64,000 bases of DNA from Felis catus (lineage: Eukaryota). The stretch's first letter is position 1. Each line of letters opens with the position of its first letter. The translations under genes and the position numbers were made by a program. The notes beneath the pieces are model-generated. The model had not been told where the DNA came from and did not search any database. It saw only the letters and a list, made by a program, of their open reading frames with translations. Location of the stretch: NCBI RefSeq assembly GCF_018350175.1, contig NC_058368.1, forward strand, positions 223,636,001 to 223,700,000, written 5' to 3'. Shown one piece after another: positions 13,137 to 26,018 of this stretch.

Positions 13137-13166
<30 letters not shown>
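13137..13166. repeat. (TG)n microsatellite
   Basis: Read directly from the sequence. Confidence 0.96.
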
Positions 13167-13168
<2 letters not shown>

Positions 13169-14325
13169 CATACATATCTTCTTACCTCTTTCATTTTAGT
13201 TCAAAGTTTTCCTGTTCAAGTTCAGTGAGCCTTCAGCCAAGTACATTTTTTGCAGTTCCAGTTAGGTACACAATATCCCATTTGAAGAGCTCATTATTCT
13301 GCTCTGCTAAATCTTTCTAGGTAGGAAGCTCTTTGCTTCCTGAATCCTCTTTTCTTTTCAAAAGTCAAACCTAGCTGGAAAAAAAGAAAGAATAGTTTTA
13401 CGTCTCTGTGTCTTGAGAGCTTTCTATTTAAGAACTTAAGGTGTACTAGAAACATGTTCTGGATTTCTCTTTGTTTCCGATCATGTTTCTGACTGCATTT
13501 CCAATAATTATTCTGAAAGAGAGTATGCTTCCAGATTAAGAATCTAACGTGTACACTAGGCCAGAGCCATAAAAGGGGGTCCGCAACAACCATTGCATGT
13601 TGTATCATTGTCCACGTTATTAACCATGTTTATTGAAATCAGGGACCAGTGCATTCCATCTCTTCTTTGGAGGCCAGCAGTGGGATTCTCAAACATGTTT
13701 GTGCCTGTGAACACTTAGTTCGTACCTTTTCCTTAGACTAGGGAGCTGCACATGTAGGCAAGTTTATATTAATCATGATGCAACGTCCTACAGCTGAGAG
13801 GTGCGCTGCTTCAAAGCTCAGTTCTCTGGGCGAGGGCTTGTGACTGTTGTAATTATACAATACACATGATGCAATTTCTGCATTTTTTCTTTCTCATTCT
13901 CAACTTGCTTCAAAATAGACAATCAATATTTTTTTTCTTTTCCACTGGGTAAGAAAATCTTTTCTAATTTGTCATTGGATTATGTGTGCTCTTTAACAAA
14001 CCTTCAGTTATGTATATGTGTGCACATAAATGATCATATGTGCACATGATTATAAAACCATATAATTCATGTGTTTTATTACATTGAATATTTGAAAAAT
14101 GTGTTATCTTTCTACTGCATTAATTTGGCAATATAAAATCAAGAAAATATAACTGTAGGGTATTTTATCATGGCTATCTTAAACATACTCCTAGGTAATA
14201 GCATTTCAATTTCCAGAATTAAAAAAACAAAAAGATAAACGAATCCCTAAGTGTAATTGTCTAATGAGTCACTTAGTTTTTAGTGAATTAACTAAAATTA
14301 ATTAATTGGTAATTAACTTGTAGGT

Positions 14326-14700
14326 GTACTTGCAGGTTAGATTCTCTGGAAGAAAGCTCTCACCTGGAGTTTAGAGGGCAGACTGTTTACTGCAGTGTGC
14401 AGTTGGGATCAGCGTCTGTGAGGCGGTGGAAGGAAGCAGGTCGTGCAGCGTGAGACATTGAGCTTCCGTGCAAATTTAATGCCTCGCAGTTGGCCCAATA
14501 GTAAAGCTCTGGAACTAAACCTGCCTTTCACTATGTCTACATTCAATGGAAGTGGCTCCACCTTTAGAACCTTGAAGCAATGAGTCACTGATGATATGCT
14601 GCTCCAGAAGGATGCAACACAGGGCCAGGCGATAATGTGCAAGTAGGGCAGCTACTTATTCCATGCAGGGGGTCTGCACAGCACATCTAAGTGTATGCCA
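14326..14700 (-). mobile_element. Ancient ERVL solo LTR (LTR16-like)
   Basis: 'ttctctggaagaaagctctcacctggag...gggatcagcgtctgtga...ggaaggaagcagg...gctctggaact' follows the recalled LTR16 consensus order. Confidence 0.6.
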
Positions 14701-14811
14701 GAAGGGTCTTTAGACCAACAAACGTGTTGGAATGAAGAATAACAGTACTAAGATAACCATATACTATGTGCACTTGAGAACATCAGTGTGATTGGAGGTG
14801 AATTGGTAAAA

Positions 14812-15050
14812 AGGCAGTGTGATGTTGTGGTTTGGGAATGTATTGGGGTTGTATCCTGATTATTTACTAGCTCTATAACTTTGGGCAATTTATCCTCTGG
14901 GACTCGGTTTCTCTATTTTTTGATTATTATATACAGTAAAAATTATTTTTCCTAAAACATAAGACACTTAACACCTTCCCTCTATAATCTATAATCCAGA
15001 GTGACTATGCAAGCAATTAATATAATAGATAGAATTTTGAAAGCACATAA
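14812..15050 (+). mobile_element. MIR
   Basis: 'tactagctctataactttgggcaatttatcctctgggactcggtttctc' core. Confidence 0.7.
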
Positions 15051-15616
15051 AAAGTAGAATTAACTATTTTATTCATCATTAACTTTCCATGGTGTGCCTA
15101 CTATATAACAAGAGTGCTTCACATCACAACTAAATCTGAAAAAGTTTATTAATTGATCTGGTCTCTCCACAAATATATTATCTATACCAGTGGTCCTTGG
15201 GCTTTTTTGTACATTAACATCATCTGAATAGTTTGCTAATGCCTGTGTTGAGTCACCGGGTTTGGCGTGGGGACCACTGTCTCGTTTCAAAGTTTAGGAC
15301 CCATTGGCTTGAATCTGTATTCTTTTAAGTCTCTTTGCCTTCATGTCCATGTCCAACATGATTGCTTCTTCATTCCCCTGTCTTCCGCTCTTTCCCTTCT
15401 CTTTAAATTTTGGCTCAATTGATTTTCCAACTCGGTATCTCAATTTAAGAACATAGCCTAGTCACTCTTTAAGGATCGCCCCTTCCTGTTCCTTTGTCCA
15501 TTTCATAAACTAAATTAAAAAAAAAAAAAACATACCCATTTTATCCATTAAAGGAAATGTGAATCTTGACTGGCGGCTTTACTAAGTACATTTTGTTTTG
15601 CTTATGTCTGTCATAG

Positions 15617-15868
15617 ATAACACAGCCAGCATTCTGACAAGGCGGAGGAGATTTAGTCGAACTATTCAGGATGTGTATTATCTCCCCATTATGATCTCTG
15701 ATGGTGGAATCCCCTCTCTCAGCAGCAGCAGTACCCTCACCGTCAGGGTTTGTGCATGCGAGAGAGATGGGCGCGTGCGGACCTGCCATGCGGAAGCGTT
15801 CCTGTCCTCGGCTGGCTTGAGTACAGGAGCCTTAATCGCTATTCTGCTGTGTGTTGTCATTCTCCTAG
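15617..15868 (+). CDS. CDH18: Cadherin-18 penultimate coding exon (end of EC5 domain and first part of the transmembrane helix)
   Basis: Acceptor ...tgtcatag at 15611-15616 and branch-like TACTAAG at 15580-15586; donor G|gtaagg at 15869. The exon is 252 bp, phase 1-1, and translates (D)NTASILTRRRRFSRTIQDVYYLPIMISDGGIPSLSSSSTLTVRVCAC...GLSTGALIAILLCVVILL, typical of type II cadherins. It splices in frame to 23621. Confidence 0.96.
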
Positions 15869-16839
15869 GTAAGGTCACCCGACTCCTAATGTTGTATGAT
15901 GGCGATTCCGAATGTACCGTATGGTGGCCAGCAGTGCATTAGAAAGCAGAGACAAAGAAAATCACTTGGACGGGACTTAAAAATTAGGAACCCAAAATCT
16001 GGACCACAAAGTATAGCTGCACAGACTTCCTTTTAATTAACTTTCTCAATACCCGAGCTGATGGAGAGAGACTTGGATTCAAATGTGAGTGAAAGAGTTG
16101 AAAAGTCAGAAGGAAAGATAGGTTCGGAGAGAAATCTTTTTGGAAAGGATCTATTTGGGAAATAATTGATATTAAAAATTCTAAATACCACACTGAAGGA
16201 GCTTTTACAATTTATTTCAAAGAACATAAGTGACATGATTCTCAGATGAATCTCAACGCCGTATAAAAATAGATTTCTTGTGGAAACTTCTATTAGCCTA
16301 AGATATTACTTAATCATCAATGTTAGCTGAATTTTAAAGTACAAGTCTGAATCATTTTGGCGTTAACTATATTACATTTTATTAAGTTTAATAGGATTTT
16401 TAGTTGAGATTTGCATTACATTTCATTTTAATAAAAAATAAGATACTTCCTGTAATTATATATATATATATATATATAAAATCATTTTAATAGTCTAAGT
16501 CTAATCACAGCCACACTTGAAGCTATTACTGTAACCTCTTTAGAATCGCTATTTCAACAAGACCACAAATCGATTTTTATAATAAGAGAAGTAGACATAA
16601 AGAACCCTTCTGTTTTGTTCAGAGGGTAGATATTTATTTTCCCAGCATATCCACTCCCTTCTTCCTTTCTCTTAGCATCTTTATCTTTTGCTCATTTTTT
16701 CAGTACTGTGTACACGTGGGGCAAAATTTAAAAAAAAAAACAAAACTATATGGTTTGTGGAGACAGATGTTTTGTTTTGTTTTGCAAGGAGTGTTCCTTG
16801 TTTTGTTTTTGAGGTTAAAGATAAATCACCAGTATGGAA

Positions 16840-17369
16840 GGAGTGGAGAGCAAGGCAGAATGAGGCTGGGAAGTGGAATGGATGGTTAGGCAGCTGTGAG
16901 ACAGTTTGGGGCTCCATTGAACATGGTAGATGGTGGGTTTTGTTCTCGGCGTGTCAAGAGACGTTTCAAGCAAGAGGATCCATTCATAACATTCGTATTT
17001 GGAAACGATGAGTATAAAGGAAGTAGAGAACAAGTCTCATGATGGCATGAGAGCATGTAGGCAAAGCAATTAGGACAACAGTGCGGCTGTCTTGCTCAGC
17101 CCCCTTTGGACTAGCATAGTTAGAGCGCAGGTGAAGAGTAGTAGATAATATCAAGATGTTTTAGGTGAAATCAAAAGTGATCTTGGATAATATGATGCAG
17201 ATCCCTGGATGAACATTTTTTATCAAAATCTTAACAGAATGATTAATGGAAGTGCCTAAGATTCATTTCAAAACTGCCACATGGGGAATTTCATGTCAGT
17301 GAGCTAATATCTAATGTTTATGACATAGTGTATTTTTTATTTTTTCAAATTTAAGTTTTTTTTATTTAT

Positions 17370-17430
<61 letters not shown>

Positions 17431-18075
17431 CCCAAGCAGGCTCCCCACCATCATTGTGGAACCCGATGTGCGGCTCAAACTCACATACAGCGAGAGCATG
17501 ACCTGAGCCAAAATCAAGAGTTGGATGCTCAACCGACTGAGCCACTCAGGTGTAGTTTTCTTGAAACAAGTTTCCAAGGGCTAAAAATAAAAGAGCTGAC
17601 AAAAAAGCGATCTTGGATAGATTAGATAGATGTTGTCTGAGTTAGAAGAGGTTCAAAGAAGACTTTTCATCTCTTGCTGAATGTGGTTGCTGATCCTCAC
17701 TGAGCTGAGGATCAGAAGTGCATGTTGTTGAGGTCACTACAGCAGGAGACTATAAAGAGAGAGAGATAATAAACTAGGCGGAGCTGTGACGAGCTCACGT
17801 GTGGTCACAGTGTCAAGAAAGATGTGATAGCAGTACAGAGGGAAGGGACGTTCAGAGAAGAAGGAGGAGTAAGTGCAAAGTATAATGTCATCAAGGTCAA
17901 AGGAAAAAATAACATATCAAAAAGCACAGACCATCCAACAGTATCAAAAGCTGCTCAGATATTAAATAAATTTTGTAGCTAAGTCTACCAATCGCACTTA
18001 GCAACAGGGAGCATGGAGGTTCATTGCACCGCTGTGGAAGTGTTTCACTGTAGTATAGTCTTACACTAGATGCGT
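16840..18075 (-). mobile_element. Degraded L2 (interrupted by a SINE)
   Basis: Purine-rich; 'caacagtatcaaaagctgctcaga...ttagcaacagggag...gtttcactgtagt' matches antisense L2 ORF2 remnants. Confidence 0.55.
17345..17553 (-). mobile_element. Can-SINE with expanded (GA)n at 17373-17426
   Basis: Reverse-complement consensus ending aaccgactgagccactcaggtg. Confidence 0.93.
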
Positions 18076-19868
18076 GGTAGAAAAGGAAAACAGGAAAACC
18101 AGGCTTTCTCAATTTTATTTACTTATATATTGATTGGTCACAACTGCTATTTGCTAAAGACATTTATGTATTGCTTTTTTTTTTTTTTTGGCATTTGATA
18201 ATTGAAACAAAAACACACAAAGCCAAAATGGAAAATAAAATAAAATGAAATAAAATAAAATAAAACAAATAAAAATACTGATTCCTCTATGGTTCCTAAC
18301 CTAAACCACAAAGAATAGAACCCAGTAACTTTAGTATAATTTCCTCCAAAGTCCTTATTCTGAAAGATAGATCATTATCTATTATGATTATAGAGTCACA
18401 TTATCTTTGCCTTTTGTTTTCACTTATTACCATAAAACCATCTTTGTATGCTAAGGTAAAGGCTTAAAAAGGTAATTGAAAATGTTAATATACAGGCAAA
18501 TGTAAGGTATATTATGTAGAATAACATTTTGTTTTTTCATGAAACAATAGTTTCCTTTAATTGACTTTATGAAAATGTCGTTTCTCCTCTGGGGTAAATA
18601 AGAGAGCATTCTAAATTTTTGCTCTCCCTCAGGACTAATGGAACAAAGGTGTTATTTAATATGTTTACTCCTTCATTTTTTATTAAAATTCAAAAGTGTT
18701 TTTACAGTTTTATCCCAAGGTTGCAGAATAATTTCTCAAGTTTGGTGTAAGCAACTATTATTTATAATGTAATTTTAATTTACATGATATTTTAAGGGTT
18801 TTTATTGTTATTCAGAAGATACCTAGTCAAGAGACTTACAATGTAGTCATTTTTAGTTTTGAAATAATGTTGGCTACTGTGCGATCTTTTAATTTTCAAG
18901 GAAAATATCAGCTATACCAGAGGTAGTGAAACCTTATTTTAGGACTTTTTTTTTTTATAATTCTGAAATAATGTTAAAAACTAACAGCTATACAAATGAT
19001 GAAATTTATATATTAATAGTGAAATATGTTTTAGTTATTAGCTGTTTGTGGACATTACTTGTATAAACACAATCCTGATTTTGCCACTAATTAACCATAT
19101 GATCTCAGGTAATCTGTACAGACTCTTGTTTCTATATACAAATCTATAATATTAAAGCATCAATTAGAAAAGAAATTTAGAGCTCTATAAAATTTATGTT
19201 TTTGTATAGGATAAATATGATTCAGTATTTTGCAGTATGGTCAGACTCCACCTAAGTGTACATCAATTATCTGAAATTGAGGCTTGAAAACCAATGAAAC
19301 TCTACTTGGAGTGGTAGACGTGCAATTTTTCAGTTGGGTTATGTTCCGTCAAGATTACTGTTTAAGATCATTTTTAAATAGGATGAATGGGAGAGAATTT
19401 AGAGTGAGACTTTATGATGCACTCAGAATTTAGTTCTACAGGAAGGGATACCTGGAGTTCTCTTTCCCTTCCAGGGATCTGACATTTCTTTCCCAACCTC
19501 ATCCCATCACATGTGAGAGGGTCCAGAGCCAGAGCAGGTGGTAGAGCAAACCTCAATCACACTTGGGACACAACAAACCTTTCAATCAGGCTCTGAATCA
19601 GACCTCTGGCATCAACCTATAAGCCCACACATTACATAAAAGCAAGTGACTTAGATGAGTCCAGCAGCTGGACTATTCCTACTCTTGGATATAAATTTCC
19701 TGATAAATGAGGATCAGGGTAGATTTGATGTGAGGAGAGTGAGGGATTAGGAGAGAAATGCGGAGGTGGTGAGGAGCTAAATGCCAACCAGTTTGTCACC
19801 TGTGATATCTTACTTAACTGTGTGAGCTCCTCTTGGTTTGAAAAAAATAAGTTTCCTTGACAAGTGTA

Positions 19869-20077
19869 GGGGCACCTGGCCAGCTCAGTCAGTTGAGTTT
19901 CCGGCTCTTGATTTTGGCTCAGGTTGTGATCTCACCGTTCATGCGTTCGTGCCCCCCATTGGGCTCTGCGCTGACATTGCGAACTCTACTTGGGATTCTC
20001 TCTCTCTCCTTCTCTCTCTTCCCCTCACATGCTCTCTATATCAAAATAAATAAATAAACTTTTAAAGAGAAAAAAAG
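19869..20077 (+). mobile_element. Can-SINE (SINEC)
   Basis: ggggcacctggccagctcagtc head, CT tract, (AAAT)n tail. Confidence 0.92.
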
Positions 20078-20585
20078 AAGTGCCACTAACTGGTATGACC
20101 AATAGCTCAAGAGCTAATAAAAGTAATCTTCCTAACTTGGGCCACCTCCTTTCTACCAAACTTAGCACCAACATATGATCATATAAACAAGAATGAAGTG
20201 ATACTTATGGGTAATAAAATCTGCTCTGAAAAATATTTTGGGGGAATATGTTGGGAGTCAGTATGGAATGTATTCAAATGCAAGCTGTGTGACAGTTCAA
20301 CTTATGAAAACTCAGACCCCTTTAGAACTCCAAGTGCTTTGGGATCGTATATAAATAAATGAATAAATGAATGAGTGAATGATGTGAGAAAGGAAATATA
20401 AAAATGTTTTCCCAAATTTTAATTCCTCCCTAAATAAAATAAATTAGTAAAAGTCAATAATTCATTTTAATTTTCTTAAATAAAAAGAATACGATGGATT
20501 TAAAATTCCTGATCAAACTGAAAGAGAAGAAAATGAAATATACTAGCCCAGAATAAAATAGTCATTAGAATAATGTCCTTTCCAA

Positions 20586-20770
20586 GGCACCTGAGTGGCT
20601 CAGTTGGTTAAGAATCTGACTTCTGCTCGGGTCATGATCTCACAGTTCATGAGTTTGAGCCCAATATCAGGATCTCTGCTCTCAGCACAAAGCTTGCTTT
20701 GGATCTTCTGTTCTCTTCTCTTTCTCTGCCCCAACCCCTGTCCCCGCTCTCTGTCTCTCTCTCAAAGTTC
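20586..20770 (+). mobile_element. Can-SINE (SINEC)
   Basis: ggcacctgagtggctcagttggttaag head and CT tract. Confidence 0.9.
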
Positions 20771-22013
20771 AAACTTAATTATTATCTATATTTTGAATCA
20801 AAATATATCACAAATATTTTTTTTAATTTGGGAAAATAAGCAAATATAACCAAGTATAATAATAAGCGCAGCATGATCTCCTATATTTCATTAGGCTGAT
20901 ATGGCACTAATATTGGTGAAGAACGCAAATTACATCCACAATTTGCTAAGACTGCTGATCACATTCTCCCTGTTATACATACACATAAATTCCCTTGAAG
21001 TCAACAACCAACCATTTTAACATAAAGAAAAGTAACTTGATTTATTAATAACGGTAAGGCATTTTACTATAATAAACTAGGCAGTCTGTAGAAATAGATG
21101 ATTTAAGTTAGAACAACCCCCTTTACTTAATCATAAAGATGAACTGAACATATATATTGGATGATAAATCTACACCTCTGAATGGAATGAAGTAAGTTAC
21201 TTGAGGATGGGGCCCTGAATTAGAAAGCTCTAAGTGGGATTTACACTAAAATAAATAGGAAGGTATTAGATGCATATTCGCTGAATTCAGCAAAAGTCTG
21301 TTTCCCCCCCGCCCCCCCCAGAAATAAAGTGCTATATTAGATAATGTCTCTCAAGTATAAGCAGCATATTTGGCAAACTATTTTTAAATAGCATGACATT
21401 TGTGAAGCAGGGTCACATGTACTATAAGCTTTTCATTTCCAGATTTCTCTAAGCATTGCATTCCAAACACAGCCAGTCACCGCTTCCCCATGCCTGCCGT
21501 AATCTCCCCCCATTGTGTTCTGCCATTACCTAGTCAGTATCCTTTTATTCCGGACTTCTCAACATGATTTCCTGACCCTTTATATAGGTGTTCTGTCTTT
21601 TTTTTTCCTCATTCCTAGAGGCACTCCTTGCCTTTTCTCTGCAAAATTAGATTCTCCAGTACACTGTAACCATCTCTTTCCACATATAGTGAACTTCTCT
21701 CACACAATTATCCTTTGCACTTATGGCTTGAAAATCTGTTTCTTTTCCTCTTTCTATTGTCATCTTAAAAGCTCATGCACACTATAATATCTAGTTGAGA
21801 AAAAGACAAATCTCATTTATTGTGTTATTTAGGGATAGCCATAAAAAAATGGGTGAAATTATAAAGAGAAACAAGGAAGCAGTAATGATAAAGTAAGAGT
21901 AGAAGTAACTTTTTAGAAGTATAAGGGGAAGGTCAACTTCTGGGGTACTGGCTATGTTCTTTATCAGAGGATAGCTAACCTGGCGTTTGTTTGTTTTACA
22001 TGATACATATCAT

Positions 22014-22330
22014 TAAGGCTGCCAGATAAAATACGGTATAGAATTGTGAATTTCAGGGTGCCTGGGTGGCTTAGTGAGTTAAGCATCAGACTGTTGATTT
22101 CAGCTCAGGTCATGATCTTGCTGACAGCATGGAGATTGCTTGGGATTCTCTTTTTCTCTGCCCCTCTCCTGCTTGTGCTCTCTCTCTCTCTCTCAAAATA
22201 AACAAATAAACACTAAAAAATAAATATGAATTTGAAATAAATATATATATATGTCTGTAGGTGTATATTCGGTGTGTATGTGAATATGTAGCATAAGTAT
22301 GTCACATGCTATACATAAAAATTGTTTCTA
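22014..22330. mobile_element. MER53-like hAT MITE fragment interrupted by a SINE
   Basis: 'ggctgccagataaaatac...gaatttca' then, after the SINE, 'gaatttgaaataaa...taagtatgtc'. Confidence 0.55.
22056..22222 (+). mobile_element. Internally deleted Can-SINE (B-box region missing)
   Basis: Jumps from 'catgatct' to 'tgctgacagc'; TSD-like gtgaatttca/atgaatttga. Confidence 0.88.
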
Positions 22331-22789
22331 TATATATATATTTATCTATGTATATACATATATGTACATTATGTACACACGTATACGTGTCCTACATGCC
22401 ATTTGAATGTACTTCCTTGATTATTATACTTTAAAGAATGTTAATAACAATGAACATAGTAACTGCTATCATAAAACCTAGAATACCAGCTGACCGAGAA
22501 CAGTCTGTAGAGCTGAAGTAAAGAATATTGGATCTAATAGCACAAAATAGAAGTGAAGTAATTCTTTCTATTTAGTAATGGCTTCCTATCATCAAATAGA
22601 AAGATGTGAAAATACTGAGAAACAGCCAAAGGAAAGTGCCCAAGACCCATTTACATCATTTCATCTAATGGTTGTGGCATTATTGATAATAATCCACATG
22701 CCCAACTGGTCACTCAGTTCCCCGTTCTGTATTTTTTTTAAAAAACAAAATGGGATAGGTAATGGAAACTCATCCCCTTTGGTGTGAGA

Positions 22790-22960
22790 AATCTCAGATT
22801 ACAGTCTAGGTGCTTCCCCCAGTCACTTGTGTGATCTTAGACTTGGATCTTAGTCATCCATGTAATTTCTCTTGAGCCTCAGTTTCCTTGAGGAAACCCA
22901 CAGTTTGCCATGAGGATTAAATTACAAAGTTGTATAAAAAAAATGGGCAATGTGAAAAAT
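22790..22960 (+). mobile_element. MIR
   Basis: 'ctcttgagcctcagtttcct...tgaggattaaat'. Confidence 0.65.
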
Positions 22961-23620
22961 TCCTGTGAAATAAAAGTTAGGTACAAATAAACTAACATCT
23001 TGTACAGCCTGATAGATATATGCAGTTATGAATGTCTGATGATATTATTGTAAAGGGTAATGGACAAGAGAGATCAACCATGTAAAATATTCCTGCTTTG
23101 ATTTCCTACGAAGCATCAAAAGTCAAGGGTTTAAGGTAGGGGTTCCCTCTTCCCATTTAACAGAAACTGAAAAATCTTTCCTTTAGTGTATATACCTAGA
23201 AGGATTAAGAATCCATAGATAGAACAACATACACCATTATTCTTCCAGCCAAAATTCCATTTTGCTCTTTCCCCCTCTGTTTCCCTCAGTGTGAAGACCA
23301 GATGGTTAGCCCGCAGTGAACTAAGAATCCTAAACACATAACAAATGTGAATGTTACGTTTTTCTAGAGAAGATCAGTGATTCTCAATGCTTTAAAGGGA
23401 AATTTTTATTTTATTTTTTACATTCCTTGAGATGATAAAAAAAGCAAAACAAACAAACAAACAAACAAACACTTCAAATGTTTTCCAGAGAGTGCAGAGA
23501 TCAGGGTTGTGTTACAATGCACGCCTAAACGAAATGTAGTTGGTGACATTGCTGATGTCAAGTCTACAAGAATTTCCTTCCTTTCTTCTAACTCTTCATC
23601 CTCTTTCCATTTTTCTTCAG

Positions 23621-24111
23621 CAATTGTAGTACTTTTTATCACCCTGAGACGCAGCAAAAAAGAGCCCCTGATCATTTCAGAGGAGGACGTGCGAGAGAAT
23701 GTGGTCACCTATGATGACGAGGGGGGCGGGGAGGAAGACACCGAGGCCTTTGACATCACAGCCTTGAGGAATCCTTCTGCCGCCGAGGAGCTCAAGTATC
23801 GGAGAGATATTCGACCCGAAGTGAAACTCACCCCCAGACACCAGACATTGTCCACCCTAGAAAGTATAGATGTTCAGGAATTTATTAAGCAAAAACTGGC
23901 AGAAGCCGACCTAGACCCCAGCGTCCCCCCTTATGACTCTCTTCAGACTTATGCCTACGAAGGTCAGAGATCGGAGGCTGGCTCCATCAGCTCACTGGAT
24001 TCAGCAACCACACAGTCAGACCAGGATTATCACTACCTTGGAGACTGGGGACCCGAATTTAAAAAGTTAGCCGAACTCTATGGAGAAATAGAATCTGAAA
24101 GAACAACTTAG
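23621..24111 (+). CDS. CDH18: Cadherin-18 terminal coding exon (end of TM helix and cytoplasmic domain)
   Basis: Branch point TTCTAAC at 23586-23592, long pyrimidine tract, cag acceptor ending 23620. Translates (A)[44 protein letters not shown] (p120-binding core) ... [13 protein letters not shown]...SISSL...[22 protein letters not shown] (beta-catenin-binding region), TAG at 24109-24111. The tail matches my recollection of CDH18 rather than CDH7/9/10/12. Confidence 0.96.
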
Positions 24112-24354
24112 GGGGTTAATTCTGGCAAACCTTCTAGAATTTGCTTCCTGAGCAAGTGGAGATATAACCTCAGCAATGGCAAGGAAGACACATGGAAACA
24201 GTACTTGGAACTGAGCAAGCTGGCCACAGCTACTGTAGAAACAAGTGCCCTTTTCATGATCGAAACGGGGTCATTTAATCAGAAGAGAGTCAAATTAAAA
24301 AAAAATATATACAGAGAAAAAGCTATTGTTCCTTGTGTATATTTTCGATTGCTC

Positions 24355-24360
24355 AATAAA
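24355..24360 (+). terminator. Proximal polyadenylation signal AATAAA
   Basis: First AATAAA after the stop, with upstream TGTA (ttgtgtatat) and downstream GT/T-rich sequence. Confidence 0.6.
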
Positions 24361-25321
24361 GTCTGTGGTACTGTTTAATTTAAGAATACCTGAATGAAGC
24401 CAAACAATGAAGTTTGTTTCAATATCTTGTGATTTCTTTTCAAAGGCAAAACTAAACCCAAAGGGTCCAAATCACTTAGGACTAGGGGTGGTATGCTGAG
24501 ACATGAAGCTTGTGCAGGTAATCGGGACCTCGTTTTCCACTTCTCTGTGTGGACTCTTGAGACCCACACTCTGTTACTGTGCAAGATCTTATTAGCATCG
24601 TGTTGTGTTCAAATGCCATGAGGTTTATCCAGTATACCGGGTCCCGCCACCATGGACTTGTATGCACCATTTTCCTTTGCCCTCCCCACTTCTTTTCTCC
24701 ATACGAAATCGATGGAACATGGGGACTTGCTGCTTGCTCTCTAATGTATGCAATTTCTGTGCACCACTTGTGCACTGCTCTGAAGACAGAGACCACTGTC
24801 TCTGTCCTGCCTGCCCTCCTTTATTTTCACAAAAGAACCCCCGCCCTTGTTGTGTTTGTTTGTTTGTTTGTTTTTAATCGATAGAATGAATGGTTTCAGT
24901 AAGATATACTCAGATAATCTGATATGTCAGGGAAAGGTTTAATTTAAAAAAATAGTCACACACCTTATCCTACATAAAACATTGGAAAACTCGATTATTT
25001 TTTCCAGTCCTTTTGCTTTCGTACATTGAACTCTGCGGTTTGGATCATTCCGATACCTAAAATTAGCTGTTGGACATTTTGCTGGTTGGTTTAGACGTCG
25101 GTTTCATTTGCTTATTTGTATGCACCTCACACGGTAGCAATGTAATCTGAAAAGATGATACTCCAATTTGAGTAATTCTTACAGACTTTGGATCGGCTGA
25201 CCTTTATTCCTTACACACGTTCAGATTGTCCCTGTCTCACTGACTGATTAGCTCTTAACCTGTTTGCGATCTACGGCAAAATGTATAAAACTGAAGGCAA
25301 AAATATAGCAGCTTCACAGTT

Positions 25322-25485
25322 ACTATCCTTGGAAACGTACCTCAAAGTCTCTGAGCTTCAGGGTCCCAAACTGCAAAGTAGAGATGGTAAAGACTTCCTG
25401 CCTCTCTCCCGGGCTTGTGTGGGGATCAATAAGCATCTGTAAAAATGCTTTGCGCACTGCAAAGCGTTCTATTATGTAAAGGCTT
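25322..25485 (+). mobile_element. MIR within the extended 3' UTR region
   Basis: 'tctctgagcttcag...ctgcaaagtagagatggtaa...gtggggatcaa...aaaatgctttgcgcactgcaaagcgttctat'. Confidence 0.7.
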
Positions 25486-26018
25486 GCAGGCGCTATCTGA
25501 TTTTCTAATTCTATTAGCTTATAAATATATAGTTCCATACATTTGAATAAAATATTATATTATCGTGAGAGAATTTCATAAAACTTTCAACAGTGAAGCA
25601 ACTGCTAGCTAAACATATAATACGCAAGTTTAATTATTTTGGTATTTTCCCAAATAAACTAATTTTCTTCAATTTTCTCGGTTTTTTTTTCTCTAAAATT
25701 GTTTAGATTATATTTTGCTGTTGTTGCTAAGCATAATGGTCCTATCCTCCAGACATGACCATATTTATATATTGCAGATAGATTGGAATTTTGAAACCCA
25801 CAAATTACGAATTATCGCAAAGAGGAATCTATCCTTTGCTCTTTGAAATTTATCAAAATCTAGCGTCCTCAAAGTTACATGGCATTTTCTGTCTGGTTCT
25901 ACCTATGTGCAAAATTTAAATTTTGCCTCTGTTTGCAACTGCCCTGTGCTATCATATTTCAGTTTTGAGGTGTGGGAAGTGAGTTTAACTTGAATAATTC
26001 TGTGTTCTAAGCCTGAGG

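Larger units (their letters stand above)
15869..23620 (+). other. CDH18: Last intron of CDH18 (7752 bp, GT-AG)
   Basis: GT at 15869 and AG at 23619-23620; joining gives G+CA = Ala and restores a continuous TM helix. Confidence 0.93.

Noticed and set aside
1..15616. Further upstream cadherin exons
   Set aside because: No cadherin-like peptide or convincing exon was seen; the preceding exon is presumably 5' of the window.
15541..15878. Antisense ORFs over the cadherin exon
   Set aside because: Shadow frames of the real + strand exon, with no independent support.
23509..23620. N-terminal 37 aa of the 200-aa ORF
   Set aside because: It has a GTG start, and the Ser/Phe-rich stretch is the intron's branch point and polypyrimidine tract. 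True coding begins at the acceptor at 23621.
15617..24111. Assignment to CDH7, CDH9, CDH10, CDH12 or a processed pseudogene
   Set aside because: The tail ending [11 protein letters not shown] fits CDH18 as I recall it. The frames are intact and a canonical intron is present.
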